A stretch of DNA of 64,000 nt from a virus: IMG/VR virus record IMGVR_UViG_3300019458_000024, positions 82,209-146,208 of that record; one strand, given 5' to 3'. This document shows, one piece after another, positions 45,764 through 54,080 of this stretch (position 1 is the first letter of the stretch; each line of letters opens with the position of its first letter). The notes under the pieces are model-generated. The model had not been told where the DNA came from. It saw only the letters and a program-made list of their open reading frames with translations, and made no database searches. The translations under genes and the position numbers were made by a program.

Positions 45764-46306
45764 TTGGACTCAGAGCATAAACAACGCAAGGCCATTAAAC
45801 GAAGTAGTACCCAGCCAAAAGGGCTTCATGACTTAATGCGACAACTTGCTACAGCACAACACAAGCAGCCAATGAATAAAGAACCAATTAAAGGTAAAGT
45901 TTTACAGGCATCGTCTAAAAGACTAGCAGGACGAACTATTGTTGTTGGTAATACTAATTTTTCTTTTGACAAAAACGGTATTTGCACTAATAAACCGAAC
46001 GGTCGCGCAAGCCGAGGTGCTGATTTTATTACTCTTTGTAAAATGCACGGAGTTGCTGATATCTCTGAACAAACGACAGAATTGGCATTTGAACAAGAAC
46101 AACCTGCTTCCCCACTAACCGTGGCTGAGGAAAAGTTTGTTGAAGAGTTCATGGAAGAGAATAAAGAACTGATGCAAAGTTTAGCTTCTCAAGAAGCAGA
46201 ACAAGCCGTAGAAAGTGTTCCTGAGGGGCATATTGACTCTCAAATTAAATGGCTTGAAAATACAGAAAAGAAACGCGCAAAGCGCACTAAAAAGGAGAAT
46301 GAATAA
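45764..46306 (+). CDS. hypothetical virion-region protein
   Basis: ORF track; start uncertain. Confidence 0.7.
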   Translation: MDSEHKQRKAIKRSSTQPKGLHDLMRQLATAQHKQPMNKEPIKGKVLQASSKRLAGRTIVVGNTNFSFDKNGICTNKPNGRASRGADFITLCKMHGVADISEQTTELAFEQEQPASPLTVAEEKFVEEFMEENKELMQSLASQEAEQAVESVPEGHIDSQIKWLENTEKKRAKRTKKENE

Positions 46307-46542
46307 TGGCTCTTGGAAATCCCCATAAAATTGTTGAAGACGATCCGTCAGAAGTTGTCCGTTTGTCGCGCAAGGAGCTTAACAAACTCCTAGACGCGTT
46401 TTCGGCTCTTGTTGATGCTTCGCAACTTGCTACGTTTGCCGCTTTTCAAACCGCAGTCGCGGCTATTGACATGACGGCCCTTCGTAAGGTTTTGATGACG
46501 TTTGAACGTCCGCCTGCCCCCGAGTCAAGACTTACTCCGTAA
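46306..46542 (+). CDS. hypothetical virion-region protein
   Basis: AAGGAG SD. Confidence 0.75.
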   Translation: MALGNPHKIVEDDPSEVVRLSRKELNKLLDAFSALVDASQLATFAAFQTAVAAIDMTALRKVLMTFERPPAPESRLTP

Positions 46543-46605
46543 TTTAACTGACGACTACTGGTGTTTATTGTAAACACCAGTGTTTTGTCACAATGGAGGA
46601 CGGGT

Positions 46606-46863
46606 ATGCAATCTCAAAACGCACATCATTTTAATGGAACTGCTACGACTACGCCTGCAAAGGTTGAGCTTGGTCGTCTAATGCAGCATTTAAATATTAG
46701 AAATCTTGACACTACTGATGGGCTTGAAGTGTCTTTTAATGGCGGACAGAGTTTTTATACTATTCCAGCAGGCCAGTTTCTATCAGAATCTGTGCGTAAG
46801 CATGAGTTTTGGGTAAGGGCCACTGCCGGTACGGTTGATTACTGCGCTATTGTATTAGGATAA
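46606..46863 (+). CDS. small beta-rich putative decoration protein
   Basis: GGAGG SD before ATG 46606. Confidence 0.7.
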   Translation: MQSQNAHHFNGTATTTPAKVELGRLMQHLNIRNLDTTDGLEVSFNGGQSFYTIPAGQFLSESVRKHEFWVRATAGTVDYCAIVLG

Positions 46864-46869
46864 AATAAT

Positions 46870-47136
46870 ATGGAAGCCATAGTTACAGCACTCCTGGAAC
46901 ATGGTCTTCTTGGAATGGCTGTTATTGTTTTAGGCGTAGTTATTAGGACCCTATACAAGCGCAATCAAGAAATGGTGGAGGAAAAGGAACAACTTCACCT
47001 AACTTATCAGAAAAAATTAGACGAACTCTCAGAGAGGTACGTCACTAAGATTGAAGCATGGGCTGAAAAGAATAGAGAAATGGCAGCCGGCTCTAATGCC
47101 ATTTTGGATGCGTTAATCCATAGGAAAGGTGATTAG
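46870..47136 (+). CDS. single-TM + coiled-coil protein (possible holin-like)
   Basis: N-terminal TM GLLGMAVIVLGVVI, then coiled coil. Confidence 0.5.
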   Translation: MEAIVTALLEHGLLGMAVIVLGVVIRTLYKRNQEMVEEKEQLHLTYQKKLDELSERYVTKIEAWAEKNREMAAGSNAILDALIHRKGD

Positions 47137-47387
47137 TGTCTGCTAAGCGTAAGTATAAAAACGGCGCAAATGGTGTTAATCATTCACCAATTCTAAAAAC
47201 GGAGCTACTTGAACACGCAGACGGCAAAGCAGACGCGTGTATTGAAGAATTGGGAGAATTAGGTGCCCAACTCATTGCAATTGCTGCTATTCTTAAAGAC
47301 AAAGACACTGAAGATATGTTTAAGGATTGTAAAAACTTGAGTGAGTGTATAGAAAGAGCCCGAGAGATTTATAATCGAGACCACTAA
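47136..47387 (+). CDS. hypothetical protein
   Basis: ORF track. Confidence 0.65.
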   Translation: MSAKRKYKNGANGVNHSPILKTELLEHADGKADACIEELGELGAQLIAIAAILKDKDTEDMFKDCKNLSECIERAREIYNRDH

Positions 47388-47983
47388 TGAGCTGTCAACA
47401 AGTAACACAAAACATTGCGGATGATATTATTGTATTACTCACTAATGGAAGTGTGGCGGTTACTGGTTTGACCTTTTCAGATGTTACTGCACAGTTCCGT
47501 AAAGAAGGTGGTGCATTTCAATCTAAAACTCTCACTGCTTTAAATTTTACAGAAGTGGGAAATGGATTTTATGAAATCGATTTCACAGCGTCTGAACTTA
47601 ATACACTAGGGCAATTTTTAGTAGTAGTGGACGGCGTTGCAATTGACCAATCCAACACTATGGTAGAAGTTGTTGGTTCTTCTCAACCTACTACTTCAAC
47701 ATCTCTTTCTACTTGCGTAGTGTATGGTCATTTATTTGACGCTGGTGGTGATCCTTTAGTTGGGGCAGCAGTTAGTGCCAGACCTGTTGGATTGCCGGCA
47801 ATTGAGCAAAGTGCAGCCGCGATTTCCGATGATTTAGTGACAGCAGTTACCGATAGTAATGGTGAATTTTTTCTAACACTCATTAGATTGGCGGATATGG
47901 AAGTATTCATTCCTGCGGTTGGTCTTAGAAAGCGCATAGTTGTCCCTAACGCGTCTACAGCTCGGCTGTACGACATTCCATAA
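47387..47983 (+). CDS. virion protein with carboxypeptidase-regulatory-like Ig domain
   Basis: VYGHLFDAGGDPLVGAAV...TDSNGEF. Confidence 0.7.
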   Translation: MSCQQVTQNIADDIIVLLTNGSVAVTGLTFSDVTAQFRKEGGAFQSKTLTALNFTEVGNGFYEIDFTASELNTLGQFLVVVDGVAIDQSNTMVEVVGSSQPTTSTSLSTCVVYGHLFDAGGDPLVGAAVSARPVGLPAIEQSAAAISDDLVTAVTDSNGEFFLTLIRLADMEVFIPAVGLRKRIVVPNASTARLYDIP

Positions 47984-47986
47984 AAG

Positions 47987-49732
47987 ATGGCGGCACCTAC
48001 TTCCATAACGGTCGAAGTCGATAGGACCGAATACGCAAGACAGGAGCCAGGGAGAAACATTGTTCTTGTAACAATAGCTGTTGAAGGCAGCAGCTTATCT
48101 GGTGAGCAAATACAAGTTCAGTTAATTAAAGCCAGATACAATAGAGATGTTGTGGTTACGTCAAAACTAGTGACTTTGACTACTAACGGTCCTCACTTTG
48201 TTCAAGTGTCCTGGGATTTGTGCGAGATTATTGATGAGAAAGCTGTTCCCAAAGTTAGGAGGGGAAAATACTTTGTTAGAGCAACTAGCGTAGCTAATCC
48301 ACTAGTAACTGCTGATTCTGCTAATTTTCGTGTATCTCTTATCACTGTAGAAGCTCTTAAAGCTTCATTTTTGCATGGCGCCATTCTCTCTTCTGCTGAA
48401 GTGTTATTTGTTGTGAATCAACCACAATTTATAACTGGCGTGCATATTGATGAAGTTTCTTTTGGGCACCCTAAAGGTGCACATACGCTGGCTTACAATT
48501 ACGTAATTGATCAAGCGCCAGAGGTATTGGGGGTAACCACAGAGCCGTTTGCACTAGTAGACGGCCAAACACTAGTTCTTAGATTGAATGGGGGACCTGC
48601 ATTAACAGCAACTTTTAATACTGCTGAATTTGCTGCAATTGGAGCAGCGACCGCTGCTGAAGTAGCTGCTGTTATAAATGCAGAAATTCCTGGTGTGATT
48701 GCAAGTGATGACGGTACTGGAAAAGTAAAAATTGTTGGAGATTTAGTAGCCGGTACAAGATCTATTTTTGTAGACTCTTCCGGAACCGCAACCACTACTT
48801 TAGGTCTGTTAAATCAAAGTTCTACTGCTAATGTCGTTAGGACGTTGTCATGGTGTGGAGGTCCTACGCAAACTATTGAAGCAGGGGTTAAAACTTATAT
48901 TCTACGAAGAGGCACTACAGCAGCATATATAAAAGTTAGAATATCTTCTATAGCTGAACTACCATCTCAGTCACATGCAGAGATTATTATAGTTGATAGA
49001 AAACCGTTGGATGATGCTGCGATTCAAGGAATTATAGATCAAGCTATCTCATGGGTGGAAGATGTTGCAATTTCTGTGTTTCTTGAGCCAACTCGTATTG
49101 TCACCGAAATCGATCCAGATGCCATTGTGTTTCCTCCGGATGAAAGTACGCCGATTCTGGTTGGTGCTGATTGGGATAAAGTTGTGGATGCTCTCACATA
49201 TACAACCCCATCGGCGGGTCACTGGATCAACTTCAGATGCCCCTATTACCCCCTCATCTGTTTTGAAGAACTCTACGGAAAACTGTCAAACACCAGAATC
49301 GTTGATGTTGCCCTAGAGTGGATCGAAGCACATGAAAAGACTGGATTTGTAGAACTGGTTCCCTTTAACCAAGAAGTTGCTTTTAATTTTATTGGCCTCA
49401 TGTGGGTGGAGTCTCTTCGTGGTCCCGTGCCTTTGCCTAATTTTTGGAACTTTACTGCATTAGTAGGTTTTAGAAAAACTCCGGCTGTTCTTATTGAATT
49501 GGCAATGAAAAAAGCCATCATGGATCTTTTAACTATTGCTGGACAGGCGTACAGAGGTGGAATTGCCAGTACAGCACTCAGCAGAGACGGAGTTTCCGAA
49601 AGTGTATCTTTTACAGCAGCCGGCATGTGGGGCATTTATTCAGCTGCGATTGAGAATTATAGAAAATGGATTGAATCTGAATTAATTAGGATTCGAGGGG
49701 CTTTTAGAGGCCCTAACATGGTGGTTTTATAA
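47987..49732 (+). CDS. head-tail adaptor/neck protein with inserted beta domains
   Basis: C-terminal IAS..LSRDGVSESVSF and position after the MCP cluster. Confidence 0.65.
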   Translation: MAAPTSITVEVDRTEYARQEPGRNIVLVTIAVEGSSLSGEQIQVQLIKARYNRDVVVTSKLVTLTTNGPHFVQVSWDLCEIIDEKAVPKVRRGKYFVRATSVANPLVTADSANFRVSLITVEALKASFLHGAILSSAEVLFVVNQPQFITGVHIDEVSFGHPKGAHTLAYNYVIDQAPEVLGVTTEPFALVDGQTLVLRLNGGPALTATFNTAEFAAIGAATAAEVAAVINAEIPGVIASDDGTGKVKIVGDLVAGTRSIFVDSSGTATTTLGLLNQSSTANVVRTLSWCGGPTQTIEAGVKTYILRRGTTAAYIKVRISSIAELPSQSHAEIIIVDRKPLDDAAIQGIIDQAISWVEDVAISVFLEPTRIVTEIDPDAIVFPPDESTPILVGADWDKVVDALTYTTPSAGHWINFRCPYYPLICFEELYGKLSNTRIVDVALEWIEAHEKTGFVELVPFNQEVAFNFIGLMWVESLRGPVPLPNFWNFTALVGFRKTPAVLIELAMKKAIMDLLTIAGQAYRGGIASTALSRDGVSESVSFTAAGMWGIYSAAIENYRKWIESELIRIRGAFRGPNMVVL

Positions 49733-49785
49733 AGAATTTTTTATTCTTGAACAATTAAAAACTATTGTGCAAGAATACGGGTCCT

Positions 49786-50118
49786 ATGATCAGAGTGAAA
49801 ATTCCAGTAGAACTTGAAATTACCTACGACCCGGAAGTGGATATGTGCAATATCTATTTCACACCTCCTGAAAAATGGCCTGTATTTGAAAAGAATAAAG
49901 GCTGGGATGACGCTGTGCCTTGTATTACTCGTACCGGCAGAACCTTTGCCGTCTGTGACTTCAGGAGAGAGGCACTTGTAGGTATTGAAGTATTTGGTTT
50001 TCGTAGACTGCCTCGTGAAATTAAAAGTTATCTCTATAATAACAACTACTTACTTGAATCTAATATGGACGCTTTGGAAAATTTGACGACAAAGAATAAA
50101 AAGATTGTTGACGAGTAA
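49786..50118 (+). CDS. DUF2283-like small protein
   Basis: ITYDPEVDMCNIYF...LVGIEV. Confidence 0.55.
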   Translation: MIRVKIPVELEITYDPEVDMCNIYFTPPEKWPVFEKNKGWDDAVPCITRTGRTFAVCDFRREALVGIEVFGFRRLPREIKSYLYNNNYLLESNMDALENLTTKNKKIVDE

Positions 50119-50136
50119 AACAGATTCCTGTAGTGT
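50108..50136 (+). promoter_or_regulatory. sigma70-like promoter for the RNA/Ro60 cassette
   Basis: TTGACG 50108-13, 17 nt, TAGTGT 50131-36; predicted +1 near 50143-44 equals the 5' end of RNA element 1. Confidence 0.6.
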
Positions 50137-50143
50137 CTTTTTC

Positions 50144-50214
50144 AGACAGTAGTGAAGAGGTCGGTTACTTCATATGGTTGAAACTCCCCGCTCTCATTAG
50201 TTCTCTGTCTTTTT
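50144..50214 (+). ncRNA. candidate Y-RNA-like RNA 1
   Basis: Ends pair (AGACAG/CTGTCT; AGTGA-GAG/CTC-TCATT; CGG/CCG); contains TCGGTTACTTC; 3' T-run. Confidence 0.55.
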
Positions 50215-50227
50215 ACAATTTATGTTT

Positions 50228-50332
50228 TCCGGAAGTGAGATGTTCGGTTACTTCTTACTTGAATTGAGAGAAGGTGGGAGCTTTTGCTCTCCATCTAAAA
50301 CTACCCGAATACAGTATTCTCCGGATCTTTTC
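50228..50332 (+). ncRNA. candidate Y-RNA-like RNA 2 with tRNA-like arm
   Basis: Ends pair (TCCGGA/TCCGGA; TTCGG/CCGAA); TCGGTTACTTC; 5-bp stem with 7-nt loop CT-TGA-AT; second hairpin; 3' T-run. Confidence 0.55.
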
Positions 50333-50353
50333 TAATAAAAAGGGGTAATTAGA

Positions 50354-51952
50354 ATGGCAACGCCGAATAAAAAGAAAGTCTCCAAGACCGAAACTACGAA
50401 GCATTTGAATTGGATGGGAGGTGCTTCATACTTCTCTAGTAATCCAGTTCAATCCCTTAGATTGATTGCCTCTAGTTGTTTTTTTGGAGAGCCTCAATAT
50501 TATCATAAAGATTCATCTGTAGTAGGTTCGCGCCTTACAGAGCGACAATTGACAAGTTTGCGTGAGAGGCTTAATGCACTGGACCCCCAAGAGTGGAGAA
50601 GTAAGTCTCCTCAAGAATGTATGATTAACGCTATTGATGATGCGTTAAATCATAGTGTTGAGCAAACACTGCAGGAGGCTGTTCGTCTTCGTCAAGAAGA
50701 CAATATTCGCACCACACCCCAAGTTATCCTTGTACGTGCTGCCCACCACAAAAATGCAAAAGGTACGGGACTAGTTGGAAAATACGGTAAGGATATTGTG
50801 ATTCGTACTGACGAACCTTCCGTTGGATTGGCCTATCATATTGAAACATATGGAAAAGATGCGCCCATTCCCAACAGCTTGAAGAAGGTGTGGGCACGCT
50901 ATTTGGAAAAGAGGTCTGAAAAGGACCTCGCTAAATACAAGATGGATACTCGTGGTGTGAAGACTGTTGATGTGGTCAACCTAGTTCATCCCAAGAGAAC
51001 GCCGGCTATACACAAGCTTGTTAGAGGTGAACTTAAACTTGAGGCTAGTACTTGGGAATCTTTGATTTCCTCAAACGGTTCTAATTGTAATACTTGGACG
51101 CAAGCTGTTGACATTATGGGTCATATGGCACTTTTGCGCAATGTTAGGAATTTACTAGACAATAAAGTCGAGCAAAGATTGTTTTTGTCTAAACTTGTAG
51201 ACGGTGCAAAGACAGGTAAGCAACTTCCGTTTCGATACTATTCCGCATTTAGAGCTATTCCCGATGCGCCCGGCACGGTCAAAGATGCTATTGAACAGTG
51301 TATGGAAATCACTATGGAAAATGTTCCTAACTTTTCCGGACGTGTAATGTCCCTATGCGATAATAGCGGCTCCGCTCAGGGAACTACTACTTCTTCTATG
51401 GGAACTATGAAAGTTTCTACTATAGCTAATCTCACTGGTTGCATTGTCGGTGCTAAGGCAGACGAGGGTTATGTAGGAGTGTTTGGTGATCGTCTAGATG
51501 TTATGAGCATTCGCAAAAAGTCTTCTATTTTTGACAATTTGGAAAAGGCAGAAACACTTGCTGAGCGCGTAGGTCAAGAAACTGAAAATGGTATTTGGTT
51601 ATTCTGGGATAAGGCTATTCGTGAGAAAGAGCATTGGGATCATGTGTTTGTTTTTTCCGACCTGCAGGCTGGACACGGTGGCCTATACGGTATAAACGCA
51701 CAGTCTTACAAAGACTACGCGTGGGATAATGGAAGACACATTGATGTTTCTAAACTCATCAATGCCTATAGGTCTAAAGTCAACCCACTTGTTAACGTGT
51801 ATTTGGTACAAGTTGCGGGCTATAAAGATACTATTCTTCCTGAGTTCTACGATAGAACTTTCATTCTCAGTGGATGGGGTGAGGGTGTACTGAAGTTCGC
51901 GGGTCAAATGACCAGTGTTATGAACCAAGTTTCACAGAAAAAAGCTGTTTGA
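50354..51952 (+). CDS. Ro60/TROVE-domain RNA-binding protein with C-terminal vWA
   Basis: NWMGGASY, LIASSCFFGEPQYY, IRTTPQV, D..NL.HP, MALLRN, QLPFRYYSAF, CDNSGS, FSDLQ. Confidence 0.9.
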   Translation: MATPNKKKVSKTETTKHLNWMGGASYFSSNPVQSLRLIASSCFFGEPQYYHKDSSVVGSRLTERQLTSLRERLNALDPQEWRSKSPQECMINAIDDALNHSVEQTLQEAVRLRQEDNIRTTPQVILVRAAHHKNAKGTGLVGKYGKDIVIRTDEPSVGLAYHIETYGKDAPIPNSLKKVWARYLEKRSEKDLAKYKMDTRGVKTVDVVNLVHPKRTPAIHKLVRGELKLEASTWESLISSNGSNCNTWTQAVDIMGHMALLRNVRNLLDNKVEQRLFLSKLVDGAKTGKQLPFRYYSAFRAIPDAPGTVKDAIEQCMEITMENVPNFSGRVMSLCDNSGSAQGTTTSSMGTMKVSTIANLTGCIVGAKADEGYVGVFGDRLDVMSIRKKSSIFDNLEKAETLAERVGQETENGIWLFWDKAIREKEHWDHVFVFSDLQAGHGGLYGINAQSYKDYAWDNGRHIDVSKLINAYRSKVNPLVNVYLVQVAGYKDTILPEFYDRTFILSGWGEGVLKFAGQMTSVMNQVSQKKAV

Positions 51953-51955
51953 CTA

Positions 51956-52306
51956 ATGGATGATGATAAGATCTACATAGAGTGTAGTTGCAGCTCTAAA
52001 GATCATGTTATTTGTGTATCTTTGTGCACCTGGGAATGGAAAGGTGTTAAGGAAACTGATCTTTCTATAGACACACAAATGCGACCATGGCAAAGTTTTC
52101 TAAACAGAGTCAGAACTGCATTTAAATACATTTTTAGTTCAACCCCATGTAAATATGGGTATTGGAACAACACAATCCTGTCAATCGAAGACGCAAAACG
52201 CATTGCTGGGTTGTGTAATAGATGCATTTCCATGCGTACTGAAGAATTAAAACAAATTGAATACAAAGCAAAGCAAACAGCATTGCAAAAGGAATCCTGT
52301 GTTTGA
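51956..52306 (+). CDS. hypothetical protein (IECSCSSKDH)
   Basis: ORF track. Confidence 0.7.
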   Translation: MDDDKIYIECSCSSKDHVICVSLCTWEWKGVKETDLSIDTQMRPWQSFLNRVRTAFKYIFSSTPCKYGYWNNTILSIEDAKRIAGLCNRCISMRTEELKQIEYKAKQTALQKESCV

Positions 52307-52637
52307 ATGTGTTTTGAGTGAGGACGAATGGGCAAATTTACGATGTAAGAATTGTGGAGTGGAGTTTACCGTAGATGCTTGTTTTGAAGAAAATTTAGTC
52401 TTCTGTATTAATGCCAAAAGATTGAAACCTCGTTGTCCTAGTTGTGGTATTACAGAAGCTTTGTTACAAATTGAAACTCCTCCGATGCCGGAATTTCCTT
52501 TAACAGAGCCATTAGAGGTCACCGAACACGACGGACCAGTCAAGATTACAGGTAAATTTGAAGATAGAAATGAAGGACTCTACTACAACGACGAGTCTAC
52601 TGTTTGGGGCAATTATAAGAAAAGATCAAAGAACTAA
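52299..52637 (+). CDS. zinc-ribbon protein
   Basis: CKNCG and CPSCG; GTG 52299. Confidence 0.65.
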   Translation: MFECVLSEDEWANLRCKNCGVEFTVDACFEENLVFCINAKRLKPRCPSCGITEALLQIETPPMPEFPLTEPLEVTEHDGPVKITGKFEDRNEGLYYNDESTVWGNYKKRSKN

Positions 52638-52700
52638 TGAGCAAGTTCGTAATCATCGATCCTCCAGAACTGAGAACGGCAATAGAACTTCTTAGTCGTA

Positions 52701-53087
52701 TTGATGAAAAGGATTGGGGATCTTAGACCTGATATGCGGTTAAAGAAAAACAGTAGTAATTACCACGCGTCTAGCCTAAAAGTTAAGGATGCGAGAAATG
52801 ACAAATCTTTTGACGGAGCTACTGGAGGCGCAAAAAAGAAAAAGAATACCAAAAAATGGTGTTTAGGCATTGAAGGTAGGCACCACGTACCTATATGGAC
52901 AGAAGCTGTTAAATTACGCGGGTGTAGCGGTATATTAAGAACAAGACCACCTATTATGCAAGTTTCTTGTGAGAATTGTGATAAGGTTTTTGAAACAGAT
53001 TTCGGATTTTGGGGTCGTCCCAAACTCGGCAGAGATGTACTGTTGGAAAAATGGCGAAAGAAACTAGGAATCGATAAAGATAAGTGA
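52701..53087 (+). CDS. basic hypothetical protein (KKKNTKKWCLG..GRHH...CENC)
   Basis: ORF track; ATG 52734 is an alternative start. Confidence 0.7.
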   Translation: MMKRIGDLRPDMRLKKNSSNYHASSLKVKDARNDKSFDGATGGAKKKKNTKKWCLGIEGRHHVPIWTEAVKLRGCSGILRTRPPIMQVSCENCDKVFETDFGFWGRPKLGRDVLLEKWRKKLGIDKDK

Positions 53088-53091
53088 AAAT

Positions 53092-53758
53092 ATGTCTATC
53101 ATTGTAGAAGTAAGAGCCGGCGAAGGTGGCACAGATGCTAAACTACTGGTAAAAGACCAGTTTGTGATTTACTCGAAGATGGGAGCCCGGAGGGGTCTTT
53201 GAGGTTGAATTACTAGATGACAGACCAGGGTTGCTTATCTTCAAAGTGACTGGTAAAACAGCCGCTGAAGCGTTTAAAAATGAACCAGGCGGTCATAGAG
53301 TTCAAAGAATTCCACCCACTGAACGGAGTGGAAGGGTGCATACATCAACAATAACTGTATGCGTCTTACCTGAACCCACAGAAACTCAAATTAAACTAGA
53401 TGATCAAGATCTAGAGTGGCAGTTTTGTAGGGGCTCAGGAGCAGGTGGTCAAAATCGTAACAAACGGTCAACTGCCGTACAGCTAACCTATAAACCTACC
53501 GGCTTAATGGTGCGTTGTGAGTCTGAGCGGGCTCAGGATGCTAATAGGCGCGGAGCTTTGTCTATTCTTAGGGCAAAGCTTTGGGAGGCTAAAAACAGCG
53601 CTAACGCTGCTACAAGGGCGTTTGACCGCAAGTCTCAAATAGGGTCAGGACAACGTGCTGATAAGATTAGAACTATAAGATACCAGGATGGAGTGGTTAC
53701 GGACCATAGATTGAACAAACGTTGGAATCTTAAGGATTATTTGCGTGGGAATTTCTAA
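53092..53758 (+). CDS. class-I peptide chain release factor, RF1-type, lacking domain 1; expressed via +1 frameshift at 53197-53203 (221 aa)
   Basis: Frame 0 MSIIVEVRAGEGGTDA...RRGL-TGA joins +1 frame EVELLDDRPG...EPGGHRVQRIPPTERSGRVHTS...GAGGQNRNK...VTDHR. Confidence 0.9.
53189..53203 (+). promoter_or_regulatory. prfB-type programmed +1 frameshift cassette GGAGG-GGT-CTT-TGA-G
   Basis: Internal SD 53189-93, 3-nt spacer, in-frame CTT 53197-99, TGA 53200-02. Confidence 0.85.
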
Positions 53759-53966
53759 CACTCATCCTATGTACGTGAATGTATGTAATTATTGAATCTT
53801 CGATATTAAGTTCTTGAAGAACCATACGTAAAGCTTGATTAGCAGTATACGAAGATTCCACAACTTCAATATCTCTTTCAATATCTCTAAGGTAGTCGTT
53901 TGACGCTTCTGGACTTGGTAACCATTTGACAGCAACACACCAATCTGATTTCTCTACTTTCTTCAT
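53730..53966 (-). CDS. hypothetical protein
   Basis: ATG 7 nt downstream of motif copy 10 on the - strand. Confidence 0.75.
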   Translation of the reverse strand: MKKVEKSDWCVAVKWLPSPEASNDYLRDIERDIEVVESSYTANQALRMVLQELNIEDSIITYIHVHRMSVRNSHANNP

Positions 53967-53973
53967 GCTTATT

Positions 53974-53987
53974 AGGTCATTCTACAC
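53974..53987 (-). promoter_or_regulatory. conserved motif, copy 10 (reverse strand)
   Basis: AGGTCATTCTACAC on + is the exact reverse complement. Confidence 0.85.
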
Positions 53988-54080
53988 TGCCTTTACATGT
54001 AACAAATAAAGTCTCTTGTCGTGGAAAGTACGATGAATCTTTAGCTTGACTTACGCGCGCCTACAGCAGAAACTTGGTAG

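Noticed and set aside
46870-47387. Complete lysis cassette
   Set aside because: Only one TM protein; no endolysin or spanin motifs nearby, so the holin call stays tentative.
50255-50296. tRNA-Ser gene (anticodon-like loop CT-TGA-AT)
   Set aside because: No acceptor stem, D arm or TTCRA T-loop; treated as part of a Y-RNA-like element.
53092-53758. Calling the release factor PrfH or RF2
   Set aside because: The recognition loop is RVQRIPPTE..GRVHTS (RF1-type PxT), not SPF or the PrfH-type loop.
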